Below, piece by piece: positions 1-13,099 of a stretch of DNA of 64,000 nt (position 1 is its first letter; each line of letters starts with the position of its first letter). The stretch spans positions 113,834,001 to 113,898,000 of the forward strand of contig CM059431.1 of assembly GCA_030390025.1 (NCBI GenBank), read 5' to 3'. The notes below the pieces were generated by a model. That model did not search any database and was not told the origin of the DNA. It worked only from the letters and a program-made list of their open reading frames with translations. The translations under genes were made by a program, and so were the position numbers. The DNA comes from Squalus acanthias (lineage: Eukaryota).

Positions 1-330
1 AAACTTCGGCATGAGGTGAAGAAAACTCCCAATGGTAGAAAGCTTTGGAAACCTTGGCCTAGAAATTCAGGCGCGTAAGCATCCAATATGGCGGGCAGAA
101 AGCACACGTCATATTGGATCGGGCATCTCCATAGGCATCCAAAACGCACACCAGAACTGTGCAAAATGCAACAATATCCTCAAATTAGCGTGCAGTGCTT
201 GTTGAAAGATCCTTTTCTGATTTTGGGCAGCTCCAACACTTGACTCACCTCGTGCTAAACTCACCCATCAATGCAGGAAGGACCCCCCACCAGTGCTATT
301 TAACATGATCATCCAGTACTTGCAGGTTAG

Positions 331-950
331 TTGGTGGTTTGTCATTTCAGGCTGCTGGTTAACTTGTGGGAGCACTTCTCCGACATTAACTTTACTCAGG
401 AGCAATGTATGAGGCATCTTCACTTCACCCAAGAGCCTTTCACTGAGCTATGTCACCCGCTGCAGCCACAACTCCAGCCTTGCACCAGTTCATCGACAGC
501 ACTGCCTGTGGCTGTCAAAGTCACCGTGGCCCTTAACTTTTATGCCACAGGCTCCTTTCAGGCTGCAGCAGTTGTTATCAGCTACATATCATAGTTTGCA
601 GTCCAGCACTGTATCAGGAATGTCACTGAGGCTCTCAACAGCTATATTACTTTCCCTATGGATAGAGTGAAGCATGACAAGAGAGCAGGCTTCCCCAGGG
701 TGCAAGGTGCCATAGACTGCACCCACATTTCCTTGCCATCACCAGCCTGGCATCTTTATCAATCACAAGGGATTCCATTACCTCAAGCTACAACTGGTTT
801 GCAAACACAGGCAGCACATCATGTGGGTCTGTGCCCATTTTCCTGGCAGTATTCATGACTCATTCATCATGTGCCAGTCCTCTGTGCCACCTTGATTCCA
901 GCCAGGCTGTCACATTACAGGCTAGCTACTGGGAGACAAGGGCTATCCCA
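331..950 (+). pseudogene. HARBI1-like DDE transposase fragment of H1 (frameshifted, 3' part deleted)
   Basis: Peptides LPVAVKVTVALNFYATGSFQ, GFPRVQGAIDCTH and LLGDKGYP (925-950) lie in different frames. Confidence 0.9.
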
Positions 951-1959
951 TCCAGACATGGGCATTCTGACTCAGCTGGCTGTGTGGCACAAACAAGGGC
1001 ACTGTCGGAGTCTCTGGCGAGGGAGCAAGCATGCTGTCATCCTGACAGAGGACAGGACATGCCTCACCCATGGCGCCAAGGCCACTCACCTGGGGCTGTG
1101 CCTCAGCACTCCTGTGGCTCTGTGTGAGAACAGAGTGCAGGAGTAATGCAACGTTCTGGAAGCCCCTGTTAAAAGTGGCCCCCAGAGCCAAGATGGCAGC
1201 TGTGAGAGCTGTCAGGAGAGGTTCCATGAAGGTGGGCGCTACTGTCATATTGATAGAGCTGACCGGTCCATATTAGGCAGAATGGCCTCCATGCTTTGCA
1301 CACAGCTTTGACACAAGTTGGAGCTGGACTCGGCTATGCTCTGTGACATTGCGCACAAGCTCCCTGGCAGGCTGCCCAGTGCACCTGGGATATGTCCGTC
1401 AGCCTTCTTCAGTTGAATGGAACTTCGAAGTCAGCATTTTTGTCCTCTGCAACAGAGCTAATATGTGATCTCGCCCTACGGCGAGTTGGCATCTGTGGTG
1501 TCCAATCCCTCTGCCCTAGCTCCTGCACACTTGTGCCTGGTGAAGAACCATCCTCTAGCCTAGCCTCTAAAATCCGCATGATACCAGTATCTGAGCTGGT
1601 GCTTGCAAGGGTAAAATCGAGTAACGCTGACTCATTAGGAAGGCTGGCCTCCTCTTCCTGAAGTGGCAGATGTGTCTCCGCATCTTCAGCACCTGAAATG
1701 AAAGAGAGGGACAAGGGTTAGCTTTCAGTGTGAAGGGAGAGCAGAGAGAGAAGTGAAAGCATCTGTAGTTTGTCATGCAGTGTGTGTAGATTGTGATAGA
1801 AGTAATAAGGGAAAAGGAGGATAATGTGTGAAGAAACCCTGCCTGATGTCTCCAACAGCATTGCCAGTTGCCACGATATTGACTGTACCCCTGCCGAGAT
1901 GCCCAATACACTTTATTCGAGGGGAAGAGAGTTGTGGCCGACCTTCTTCTACAAGAAAG

Positions 1960-2898
1960 AATGATGCGGAGATGCCGGCGTTGGACTGGGGTGGACAAAA
2001 ATGAGAAGTCGCACAACACCAGGTTATAGTCCAACAGCTTTATTTAAAATTACAAGCTTTCGGAGCTATCGATCGCCCCTTCTTCAGGTAAAGTCACTAT
2101 GAGTGAATCTACAAAAGTTCACAGAATATAAACACAGAAAATGCAGAGATACAATCTTTCCTTACATCAAAGACACACCAAGAGCACAGCCAAGACAATG
2201 AGATGTGTCCCAGGGGGTCCAACGTGTCAAATCCTGCTGTCTGCATATCCTCTCCATATCCCTTCCTCTCTCTCCGTCCTTTTTGGGTTTGTTTTTTGGG
2301 GTTTTTTTTGTGTTTGTTTTTTAAAAACTGGAAAGACAGACAATTATGTCAAGTCACGTTCTGTAGCGTGACATGAACCCGATATCCCTATTGAAGCCGT
2401 CCTCATGAGTGCGGAACTTGGCTATCAGTTTCTGCTCGATGATTTTGCGTTGTCGTGTGTCTCGAAGGCCGCCTTGGAGAACGCTAACCCGCAGATCCGA
2501 GGCTGAATGCCCTTGACTGCTGAAGTGTTCCCCGACTGGGAGGCAACCATCCTGCCTGGTGATTGTTGTGCGGTGTTCGTTCATACGTTGTCTCAGTGTC
2601 TGCATGGTCTTGCCGATGTACCATGCTCTGGGGCATCCTTTCCTGCAACGTATCAGGTAGACAACGTTGGCTGAGTCACATGAATATGTACCATGTACCT
2701 GGTGGGTAGTGTCCTCACGTGTGATGACGGTATCTGTGTTCATGATCTGGCATGTCTTGCAGAGGTTGCCGTGGCAGGGTTGTGTGGTGTCGTGGTCGCT
2801 GTTCTCCTGACAGCTGGGTAATTTGCTGCGAACGATGGTACTTTTGAGGTTAGGTGGCTGCTTGAAGGTGAGTAGTGGAGGCGTGGGGATGGCCTTAG
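1960..2898 (-). mobile_element. 5'-truncated Penelope-like retroelement (Neptune-type: Cys linker plus GIY-YIG endonuclease)
   Basis: Open frame 2898->2354 reads ...FKQPPNLKSTIVRSKL...QPCHGNLCKTCQ...NVVYLIRCRKGCPRAWYIGKTMQTLRQRMNEHR...GFN; 8-bp TSD CAAGAAAG at 1952-1959 and 2899-2906. Confidence 0.9.
2050..2091 (-). ncRNA. Minimal type-I hammerhead ribozyme motif in PLE 3' end
   Basis: Minus-strand RNA UUAC-CUGAAGA-A-GGGGC(GAUCGAUA)GCUCC-GAAA-GCUU-GUAA: intact core, 5-bp stem II, palindromic AGCU stem III, 4-bp stem I. Confidence 0.8.
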
Positions 2899-3250
2899 CA
2901 AGAAAGGAGGGAGTGCATTGGTGACAGTCTTGTCAGGTTTTTAGAGAATGTGCCTGTCATGTTAGAATAACTGGTATGTAGTGTGTCAGATCTGAGGTGT
3001 GGAGAAGAGAGAGTTGCAAAAGTGGTCAATGTGTGAGTATGAGGAGAAAGAGGTGTAGTAAAGTATGGTGCAGTGACTGTAGGAGAGTGAAGGGTAGCAG
3101 GGTGAGGCTGAAGGTGGTGGAGATCTCCACAGAGTAAGAGAGTATTGTTACCGTGACAATTCTGGTGAGGTCATTGAACTTCTTTCGGCATTGCATCCAT
3201 GTCCTCAGGTAAGCTTTTAACATTTACCTGCTCTATGATATCTTCCCATT

Positions 3251-3712
3251 GAACATAAGAACATAAGAAATAGGAGCAGGAGTAGGCCATTTGGCCCATC
3301 GAGCCTGCTCCGCCATTCAATAAGATCATGGCTGACCTACCTCATCTCCACCTTCCTGTACTATCCCCATATCCCTTGATTCCCTTAATATCCAAAAATC
3401 TATTGATCTCTGTCTTGAATATACTGAACGACTGAGCCTCCACAGCCCTCTGAGGTAGAGAATTCCAAAGATTCACCACCCTCTGAGTGAAGAAATTTCT
3501 CCTCATCTCAGTCCTAAATGGCCGACCCCTTATTCTGAGACTGTGACCCCTGGTTCTAGACTCCCCAGCCAGGGGAAGCATCCTCCCTGCATCTACCCTG
3601 TCAAGCCCTGTAAGAGTTTTGCATGTTTCAATGAGATCACCTCTCATTCTTCTAAACTCTAGGGAATATAGGCCGAGTCTACTCAATCTGTCCTCATAGG
3701 ACAATCCCTCCA
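3251..3712 (-). mobile_element. CR1 LINE 3' fragment inserted in H1 ORF2 exon 1
   Basis: ORF2 C-terminus GLSYEDRLSRLGLYSLEFRRMRGDLIE...RNFFTQRVVNLWNSLP; (TTCTTATG)n tail. Confidence 0.92.
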
Positions 3713-4704
3713 CTGAAAATGCAATTATTGCCTGGAGGGCTTTCTGCCCGCTGGGAGCGGGGCGGGGGGTTGGTGGGAACAGAATCTCCCTCCTCCTGTC
3801 CACTGCCTGCACCACGGCCTCCAAGGCAGCCTCGGAAAGCCTTGGTGCCCTCTCAGTATACGCTGCTGCCATTTCTGTGTAGAGACCTGTGTCCCAATTG
3901 TCTGCAGCCAGAGTGCACCTCCCCTTTAAGAGGTGCTTGGTGCCATTAACTGGCATCAGATACATCCAATATCCGGCCCCACAAACAGGCGTGTGGCCAA
4001 TGACTCAAGATAATGAGCACGCAGCACGAATATTATGGGCTGCCTGGGACAACTCTTTTTATGACGTTGGGCCTGCCAGAAATCCCACCCCTCCGTATTG
4101 GCGATCTTCCCCTTAACTGTAAAACTCGTGGGCAGCTCGACTGTGACAGGATATTGTGGCCTGCCCATCAAAATGGTTCGAACCTCTCAAGGGCGAAGAG
4201 CACGGTCGCCACACTCATGCGGCGCCGCTTTGGTGCCCGAAGTGAAAATTGACCCTGATAATAATAGTCCCATCTGATTTGTTATTATTGGCATAATATT
4301 CTAGGCTGGTCGTATTGAGGAGAAAATACATTCAGACCGAGGGTAAAAATCCTGTGGATTTCAGTAAATCCCACTGCAGACTTTCAAACTTTCAACAAAA
4401 AAAAAATCTTCTTTGAATTTATCTAAATGATGTGGTTCTCAGCTGATTTCCACTGAGCCAGTTTATACATCAGTGGCGGAACAGGATGAGTGAAGTTACT
4501 GAGCTTGACAGCGTGTAGGAGCTGATGTAACATCAGCAGAGATGCAGTTATTAGCCAAGAGTGCTTCGATAATTATGTCATTTTAACTGCATAGAATAAT
4601 TCAGCTGCTTCATGCTGTTAGTTCCATCAATAGTATCAACACTCACCATTTAAACAAAATATTCATGGAAATAACAGAAGTGCTGTAGAATGAGACATGT
4701 GTTT

Positions 4705-4853
4705 GAACATGTACTTGAAGAGGACTAATTTGCAGGGTTATGAGGAAAAAGCTGGGGTCTGGAACTAAATTGGACGGCTCTTTCAAAGAGCCGGCACAGG
4801 CACGATGGGCCGAATGGCCTCCTTCTGTGCTGTAAGATTGTACGATTCTATGA
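4705..4853 (+). mobile_element. CR1 3' UTR/tail fragment
   Basis: GGGCCGAATGGCCTCCTTCTGTGCTG followed by ATTCTATG-type tail. Confidence 0.75.
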
Positions 4854-4925
4854 AAAGCAAAAGGACATTAATGTCGATCATAGCTTAAATAATTGACTCT
4901 GATTTTAAAAAGGGCTACTGATAGT

Positions 4926-5676
4926 GGCCCTGAATTTGTGGTCGGAGGCTTCCTGCGGGCGGATGCCTCTGACCAGCAAAAAATCTACAAACTTACCTGA
5001 TGATCCCGGAGGTTCGGACACTCGCGCTCCTGGGCCTCTATGCGTTGGCCTGTGTAGATGCCCATGCATCCCAGGGGCGCAGGCGGTTCGCAAGCGCCCC
5101 TGGGATCACGTGGGCTGGCCCAACCAATGAAAGAAAGGGATCCCCATTCATACTTATGAGGATTCCGTATGTACAGAAACCCCATAAGCATGAATGGGAA
5201 TACCCCCAAAAAATACACGTACACTTCAAATAAATTTTTTAAAAATCACATATTTAAAATTAATCAAAATGGCATTTAGTTAAACATTTAAAACAAAAAT
5301 GTAATTTTTTGGAAAATAAATGTACATGTTTTAAAGGGGCTAACAATAAACTTGCCTTATTTCACAGGTTTTTAAATGTATAAATTATTGAAAAAAATTT
5401 ATTTTTCTGTTCTTGAAAAGTCTTACCCCGGTAAAAGCAGGTCTTATGCCTGCTTTTACCAGGCATAAGAATTTCACGGGCATTCGCTGGGTAGAACTCT
5501 CCGCCCGCGGAGGCCCTTTTCCCGGGGATGCGGAGGAACTGTAAAGAAAATTCTTGACAGATCGCAAGTTCCAGGTTTTAGCGCATGCACCTTGCATACC
5601 TAAACCTGGAACTTGCGTGGCTCCTACGGGCGCGTGCGCACCTCGTACACACCCATTGGGTCGCAAATTACGGCCC
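4926..5676. mobile_element. Harbinger-type MITE A
   Basis: TIRs GGCCCTGAATTTGTGG / TCGCAAATTACGGCCC; flanks AGT/AAT; GC-rich arms around an AT-rich core. Confidence 0.75.
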
Positions 5677-5892
5677 AATAATTCATTCTTTAAAGTGAAA
5701 TAGGGAGACTTCTGACAAATAAGCTTCACATGATGCAGGGCTTTGATGAGGCCTACTTATAGGATTTAGCAAAAAAAATTGATGTAAAGTTTCTACGTAA
5801 ATTCTGGATACTATTTTTTCAGAGACACTTAAAAAGTAACAGTACATTTGTACATTATTAATCTTACCACCTCACGCTAAAAAAAATAATAA

Positions 5893-6263
5893 TTTAAAGT
5901 TATGAAGAGGTTTGATAGGGAGACACAGGGAAGATTTTTCCACTTGTGGAGAGACCAAAACCAAGCATCATAAATATAAGATAATCACGAATAAATCCAA
6001 TAAGGCATTCAGGAGAAACTTCTTTACACAGAGAGTGGTTAGAATGTGGAACTTGCTACCACAGGGAGTAGTTGAGATGAATAGCATAGATGCATATAAG
6101 GGGAAGCTAGATAAGTACATAAGGGAGAAAGGAATAGAAGGATATGCTGATAGGGTTAGATGCAGTTGGGTGGGAGGAGGCTTGTGTGGAGCATAAACAC
6201 CAGCATAGACCAGTTGGAACGAATGGCCTGTTTCTGTGCTGTAAATTCTATGTAATTCTATGT
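5893..6263 (+). mobile_element. CR1 3' fragment
   Basis: FRRNFFTQRVVRMWNLLPQGVVE; (AATTCTATGT)n tail. Confidence 0.9.
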
Positions 6264-9200
6264 CATATGAGGAAGACTATTTAGTCCATGCTAGTTCATC
6301 CATCCAGAAGCACCCTGGCTGGAAAGAAACGTTTGAAAGGTAATATTAGCCATCGTATGCAGTTTCAAACCAGGAGGAAGAGTACTGTCTTCAACAATCA
6401 TTTGACATCTTTGGTCATGTCATAAAATGTATGGTCCATTTGCTTGGTCTGTTAACGTGATAGCAACTATTAGAAAAGTTACTTTGCCTTTACCTGTGGT
6501 CCATAATCAAACAGAGTGTGTAATTGGTTACAAGCAGCTCACACACATCCCATACTGACAGGAACAACAGCTTTGTGCTTTTGGAGAAGGCAGTTCAATG
6601 TTTATAAAGAAGTGGAGATTATTGTTCAAAGGGCTGAAACAGTGTGAAAAAGGCTTTATGTTGTGCGCAGGGAATTCGGACCTTCCATTTGTTAAATAAT
6701 CAACTGGTGGAAAGAAATTGTTTGCAATTCTCATGGTGTACGTAAGTGCTATGGGAAAACAATCAGTGGAAATAAAGTAGTTAAAGATTAATGATAGTGA
6801 ATTGGAAGAAAGCTCTGAAAGTGTTTAACTCTTGAAGGACAAAGGAGCAACTGGGTTCATTGGCAAAGAAAATGTAGACACTTTAAAATGGAGAAAATTC
6901 AGGCCCTTTGACTGTGCCTGAACATATATGTGTGTGTATAAAAGTTCCAGGTGTATTTATTGCAGGTAATTATTATAAGCCATCTTAGAAGTAAAGACGC
7001 AGTGATTCTTTATATTGATTGTTGTCAGTACATTTAATGGATTTTCACACAAGTTCAGTTTCATGGGAGTTTTTATGCAATGTATATTGATATCTATATA
7101 ATCATTCAACATTACAGGCTTTGTAAAGTCAATCACCTCTAATATTTGAAAGCTATTCATCCAAATTGCTGTCAGAACATTTTTTGAACTATGAAAAAAG
7201 TTTCGGGATTCATAGCTGTATTCAATGTACGATCTGCTACTCTGACAATGACTCAGCCTTCAAATACGATGGAATCCTCCAGCCGATGATGAGTTAAAAT
7301 TTATACATCCCAAAGTACTAATCTGACACCATGCTAATCAGCAGCCAATTTAACAAATAGGGTTCTGACATTTAAAAAAGCTATGTAAATTTAATACAAA
7401 ACTAATTTTCTCTCTTTGAAAGTGCAGCCTCGCTCCCTGAAGCCTCATATTCACAAGCCAAACAGAGCATCATTTTTTAATGACTCAGATTATTTTTTGC
7501 AGTAGCTTGCCTAGACGTGGTTGTCATAATATTCGCTTCAAACACTGTTTAAAGCCTGTGATGTTCAAGGCTGTTGCCTTCCTCCTCTTCTGCTTGTTTT
7601 TTTATCTGTCACAGTTGTCAACTAAAATAGAGCACCTCGCATTTGTTTCAAGATGGTACCTGATCAATATCATCAATCCGTCTCCCTCCCTCTCCCTCTC
7701 CCTCTCTCTCTCCAGCTGTATCCATTTCCTCCTGGCAAAAAGGGACTTTATGAATAAATGATACTGAAATGCTGAGGGTTCAGATACTAAATAATGAATT
7801 TCACCACCAAAAACACAACAACTTCTCCAATCATAAAATACCGCTCCCTCCATATTGATTGTGCTTTTGCAACCAGATGCATCTGCTTGGCTTCATTCTG
7901 CAATGTGTTTAAGGAAAAAAATGTTTTTTTTTCTCTCTGAACGGAGATATCCCATTTGAAAATGAGATATTTAAGAGCTCTTGCTACAAATATCTGTGAC
8001 CCGTTGCTCCAGCGTAATGTTAAAGTATCTCAGTGCTTGGAATAAGGGAAACAGTGGCTCCTGCTACATGAGGAACTTTGCTCCATGGGACACGCAGTAA
8101 GTCTGGCCATTTGTATGCTTCTGTGCTAATAATCTTCAAGGTTGTTTTCTTCAGGTTAACATGTGTGGGATTACTTTCTTGTCACATATGCAATATTGTT
8201 TTCACTCTCCCTTTTTCTACAAAAAAAAAATACCAGCTGCGGTTTTTATCCGGCTCGTTGGGCTGTGGAATCCGATCCCAGGTCAGAACCCAGACTGACT
8301 GTGCTGTTGTTAATCACTGTGGTGCTGCTAGGCGTTAGGAAGCACCGTCTCACTACATCTTACAAGGGGTCAAGGATTTTTTTTTTGTTGAGTGCTTGTT
8401 CTGTGCACAAATGTGACTTGTTTTCCTATTTCCCTCATGAATGGTCTCTACCACTGTGTTTTCTGATGTGCACATAATACCACTGTGCTGTCTGGTGCAA
8501 TGTCTGGGGTCGAGGGGAGGGGGGGGGCGGTTGGTGGCGGGGAGGGGGGGGGGGGAGAGAGAAGCTGGTGGCATGTGATTGGCATAAACTTGCTCCGCTG
8601 AAATTATTACCCAACTTTTATTTTGCTGAAATGAATCCCGGGCTAGCATCTGTGCGATCGCTTGGTTTAAATCTTTGTTTCGCTGGGAATTAAGAGGTCT
8701 CCTATTGTGAACATAGATGCCCTGTTTACATGTTGCTTTAGAAACAAAACGAGAAAATGGAGCTCCTCATATTTAACCCACCTACCAGCTGCTTTGAACT
8801 ATTATCAATGGCAACCAAATAATGTCACTGAGGAAGAACTAAATACATCCCGTGCATCTCAGGAAATAGCAGATTTTTTTTTTTAATCCTTGAATCAATT
8901 TGTAAATTTGCTAAGTAAAAATAAAACATAAAAGTAGCTTTCCTTGGCTGGAAACAGTAAAGGCGAGTGGGGCAATGTCATGGCTTTGCATAAAATAAAT
9001 TGCAGTCATTCGTTTAGGGCGGCTAATGCAATAATGTGAAGGAATAGAATTTAGCCATTAGCATCTTCAATCTTCTAGCTACAAATAATTGATGAGATCT
9101 ATTAAAGTTTGACAAGGGATTGACTGCAAAGCACGGATATGGTTTATTTTATTTGCAAATACGTCACTTTAAGCTGGTATGTCTGTAAAACCTGAAACCT

Positions 9201-10540
9201 ATTGTACCATAAGTATGTTTTGTGCTGAAAATATTACTTTTAAAGTATCTACACCACCTTTAGTCTTGCTACATTGACATTTTCCCTGTATGGTGACATG
9301 ATTAAAAATTCCTCTTTGGTTAGCATTACTGAATTAGTAACAACCTATTGACCAGATATTGAATAATCGGCAGTTGTTACTGTTATGAAGGGCATCTGAT
9401 GAAAATCTATGTATATATACCTCCACACCAAAACAATTCAACGTAATATATTGTATTCCTGTTAGACGTACAAGTGGTTTTCCACAGCTGTTCAATACTT
9501 AACCAAGAAGACTAGATTACTAATATACTATTAATTTATTTTGAAATGTACTGTTTTGTATTTAGGACAGGTTTGAACTGATTAACGGGCTTAGGATATA
9601 ATATTTACACTGACTAGGCTAGTACATAGAAATGAACAATCAGCAGATTAGTGCCTTTCTTCAGAATGGGGGTACAAAATTATCTAATGGAGAAATTAGT
9701 CTAATTACTATTATGCATAATTGAAACAAGCACCTAGATAAATAGCAAGGGAAAAGTTTAGCTTTCACAAAAAAACTCATATTTGCCAATGTATAATTAA
9801 GTGGAATTAATTGTATTGTTACATAGGAATTTAGACTTTATTCCCCCTAGTCCATTTGAACATTACTGCTTCATTCTCCTCTGATTAACTACCAATCATC
9901 TTGTTCATGTTATATCAGTAACAGAGTGTAATTGTAGATTGCTTCCTTCTGTAAAATGTTTCCTTCTTCTCATATTTTCCTTAATTTCTCTTCCAAAATG
10001 AACTTCCTGCTTTACTTCCTTCCTCCGCCACCCTCGTAGGATTTTTGCCTGGTAGACCAATGGAAGCCTCTGTGGGTGCCAGCTTTGACATTCGCTCACT
10101 AAGAAGCATGTTTGTCCAGTCCAGAAAGGGATCCATTCCCTCCTGACCCCTCGAAGCAGATTTTCCTTCCCTTCGATAAACAATCTTTGTTAAAACTGCC
10201 AAAACTCAGCAACTAACTGGAAAGCTCAAGTGTGAATGCCAGTCAATAATAGGGGTTAAGTTGCCATATTGGAACCTTGATCCAGCCTCTACGCTCAAAT
10301 ATATGTGAGCAGATTGGTGGACATGCTTAATTTATTCCTCCTTCATTGTTCCTCTAAATATACTATTCTGTTCACTCGTTCCTCTGCCTGTGTTGAAACC
10401 ATCTTCTACTCAAACAAATTTTTTCCTAGGACCTTAAAACCACGGAACTTCTTACTTCATTCAGCCTTCCCTTCCCCAGGCTTTCAAAATCCAAGCTTGA
10501 CATTACCTAGACACAGCTTCTTGATACATATTTATAATAA

Positions 10541-10730
10541 AGAGAGGAATTGCTGGAAATACACAGCATCTGTAAAGAGAAAAGGCAGGTTGAAACGTTT
10601 TGGGTGTGTAGCCCTTCATCAGAACTGAAGACGAGGTCTGATGAAGTTTACACCTTTTCCATATCATAGCCTGTGTTTTTTCTTTACAATTGCTATCTGC
10701 TTTTATTTCAGATTTCCAGCATTTGTAATT
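10541..10730. mobile_element. Old inverted pair of PLE 3' ends with degenerate hammerhead motifs
   Basis: CTTCATCAGA (10614-10623) and TCTGATGAAG (10637-10646) are inverted; left arm resembles the minus-strand PLE end and right arm ends TTTCAGATTTCCAGCAT. Confidence 0.6.
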
Positions 10731-10811
10731 TTTTCTTCAAATTTTTATGTTGTCTTCTCTCTTCACCTTTTGGTAGTATCCTAGAGTATGGTCTTTGGCT
10801 TCTCAACAAGC

Positions 10812-11282
10812 AAAGAAAGACTTGCATTTATATAGCGCCTTTCACAATCTCAGGGTGTCCCAAAGTGCTTTACCGCCAATGAAGTACTTTTGAACCGTAG
10901 TTACTATTGTAATGTAGGGAAACACGGTAACCAATTTGCACACAGCAAGCTCCCACAAACAGCAATGTGATAATGACCCGATAATCGGTTTTGGTAATGT
11001 TGATTGAGAGATAAATATTAGCCAGAACACCAGGGAGAACTGCCCTGCTCTTCTTTGAAATAGTGCCGTGGGATTTTTTTTTTAACGTCCATTTCCAGAT
11101 GGCAGATGGGGGCTCAATTTAACGCCTTATCTGAAAGACAGCACCTCTGACAATGCAGCGCTCCCTCAGTACTGCACTGGAGTGTCAGCCTAGATTATGT
11201 TTTCAAGTCTCTGGAGTGGGACTTGAACCCACAACCTTCTGACTCAGAGATGAGAGTGCTACCCACTGAGCCATGGTTGACA
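10812..11282 (-). mobile_element. tRNA-derived DeuSINE (SacSINE1-like), full length
   Basis: A box TGGCTCAGTGG, B box GGTTCAAGTCC, Deu-domain core and L2-like tail AAAGGCGCTATATAAATGCAAGTCTTTC; highly similar copies at 39318 and 61171. Confidence 0.85.
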
Positions 11283-11309
11283 CCAACACAAAACATACAG
11301 CAGAGGGGG

Positions 11310-11645
11310 AAAGGGGAGCTCAACGATATTCTCTAAATTAATGCAAGCGACAGCTGGAAAAGTTTCTGCTTGGGGCGGAGATTACCTAGTACAAAAGGTT
11401 GATCGTGTTTAACATTAATCAGGACCAGAGTGGTGTCCTAGACTAGCTTTGATCACCTAAAGGGGTTGGAGAGGAATTTTCCAGATTTTTGTCCCTTAAT
11501 TGGCCTGGGTTTTTATCTTGTTACATGGCTTTCAATTGGGGTGGGGAGTGTATCTATTATGATGTACAAGGCATCACAGTTGTGTGGGACAGACTAGGTG
11601 GACTAGTGAGTCTTTTCCTGTCCCTATTTGTTGTATGTTCATATA
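11310..11645 (+). mobile_element. Decayed CR1-type 3' UTR fragment
   Basis: Ends GTCTTTTCCTGTCCCTATTTGTTGTATGTTCATAT, like the tail at 29520-29586. Confidence 0.45.
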
Positions 11646-13099
11646 TCCTGTACTAAAAACATGCTTTTTTAATATAAATTGCACCCACATGCAATGCACT
11701 TGTTATACGTACATATGTCAGAGGCTATGTGTATTCATAAAATGCATTTGGATATCTAGTTTTAATATTTATTTGTTGTGTTTCTATAATAGAGTCAACA
11801 TGCAGTGTGGAAGAGGGAAATAACAAACAAGAAAAGGAAAGCATTGGCTATTCTGAAAGAGATTTAGTCTTAGGCAACTACTTTTAACACTTCTATACCC
11901 CTCTGACCTCACATGCGACCTATCCTGATGTGGGTTTAATCTATGCCTGTGTCAGTTCTGTAACTCCCTAGTTCAGACAGTTAAAATTGGCAAGTCGAAG
12001 TTGCGTTGCTTCCTACCGGTGGGTTACCCGTTGGGAAGTATATCTCTATCAAGTGAAATTTTTAAGAGAATTTTTGCTCCTTTGCTTAGAATCGCCTAAA
12101 TATTCACATACGTCAAACTTTGATGTCTTCAACCTATGTAAAGACCAACAATGTCAGGGTTTGGTGGCATTCTTTGGGTAACAACTCCACTGTTAGACAT
12201 TAGCCATGTTATTCATGCCTGTTAATTAGAATTCAGGTTTGGCAGTGCAAGCTGATCTCTTACGCTACAGCAAAACAAGCATTCCAAACCGTTAGTTCCT
12301 CAGCTGTCTACCTAACTCGCTTCTCCCATCAAATTCAGCATGATACCAAGTACTATTAACCATTAACAGCTGGAAGAGAAGCCATTCTTCGAACATCCCC
12401 TGTGCCTGGTCGACAAACTCTTTCTTTGGCAAAAAGCCTCTCATTAATAATGCGAGATTGCCAATTAGTGTCAATTAGTGTTGAATTATGGGCCATTTTG
12501 TACTGTGGACTTCTGTCCACAATAACTGGGTTGAGCCTGCCCAACAGGGCCCTTGCACCCACCATAGAGTGAAAAGGCCTTTGTTCTAACATTCTGCACT
12601 GCACTGTGCTAAAACCTATATCCCAAAGATGAAAAGACAGTGTTTAAACTGTTTCAACTTGTTTCTTCTAGTTTTACCCGATAATTATGATCTCGTTTGA
12701 CTATATAGATGTTTTCAAATTCCAATATACACCTTATGGTGATTACTTAAGATGGTTATCATTCTGGTTTCTCTGCCCTATAAACAGAATATTTAATACA
12801 TACATATCTAATTTATATCAGGGTATTGATAGGTCCTGAGATCTCCTGACTCCTGTCAATGAATCACTGTACTATCACAACACTGTCATTTAAGTGTTTG
12901 ATTGGACGATCAGTGCTGGGTTCAAACTTGCTTGATGGGTTCATTGCCACTCTATAAATTATCTGAGTGCATGCTATTGGTGAACTGCCTTGCCCATTGC
13001 CAGCACATATCGGTAAATTACGGGAGCATTGTCTGCAATGTTCTGATGTGTGCTGGTGCTGGGTGGAGTTACTCAATAACGTATATACTCATTCACCAC

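Larger units (their letters stand above)
945..3872 (-). pseudogene. Myb/SANT(MADF)-like ORF2 of H1: spliced, decayed and interrupted
   Basis: ATG 3872 MAAAYTERAPRLSEAALEAVVQAVDRRREILFP; WMQCRKKFNDLTRIV at ~3150-3205; acceptor TTTCAG at 1693-1698 opens an exon encoding EEEASLPNESALLDFTLASTSSDTG, homologous to H2 exon 3. Confidence 0.8.
56..4255. mobile_element. PIF/Harbinger DNA transposon H1: internally deleted, with nested PLE and CR1 insertions
   Basis: Imperfect ends GGCCTAGAAATTC (56) and GAAAATTGACCC (4255); CAATAT/ATATTG motifs at both ends; HARBI1-like fragments on + and MADF-gene fragments on -. No matching TSD, so boundaries are approximate. Confidence 0.7.

Noticed and set aside
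3342..3965. 207-aa ORF resembling a MADF-CR1 fusion protein
   Set aside because: Chance in-frame junction from a CR1 insertion into H1 exon 1; the MADF domain is cut in half.
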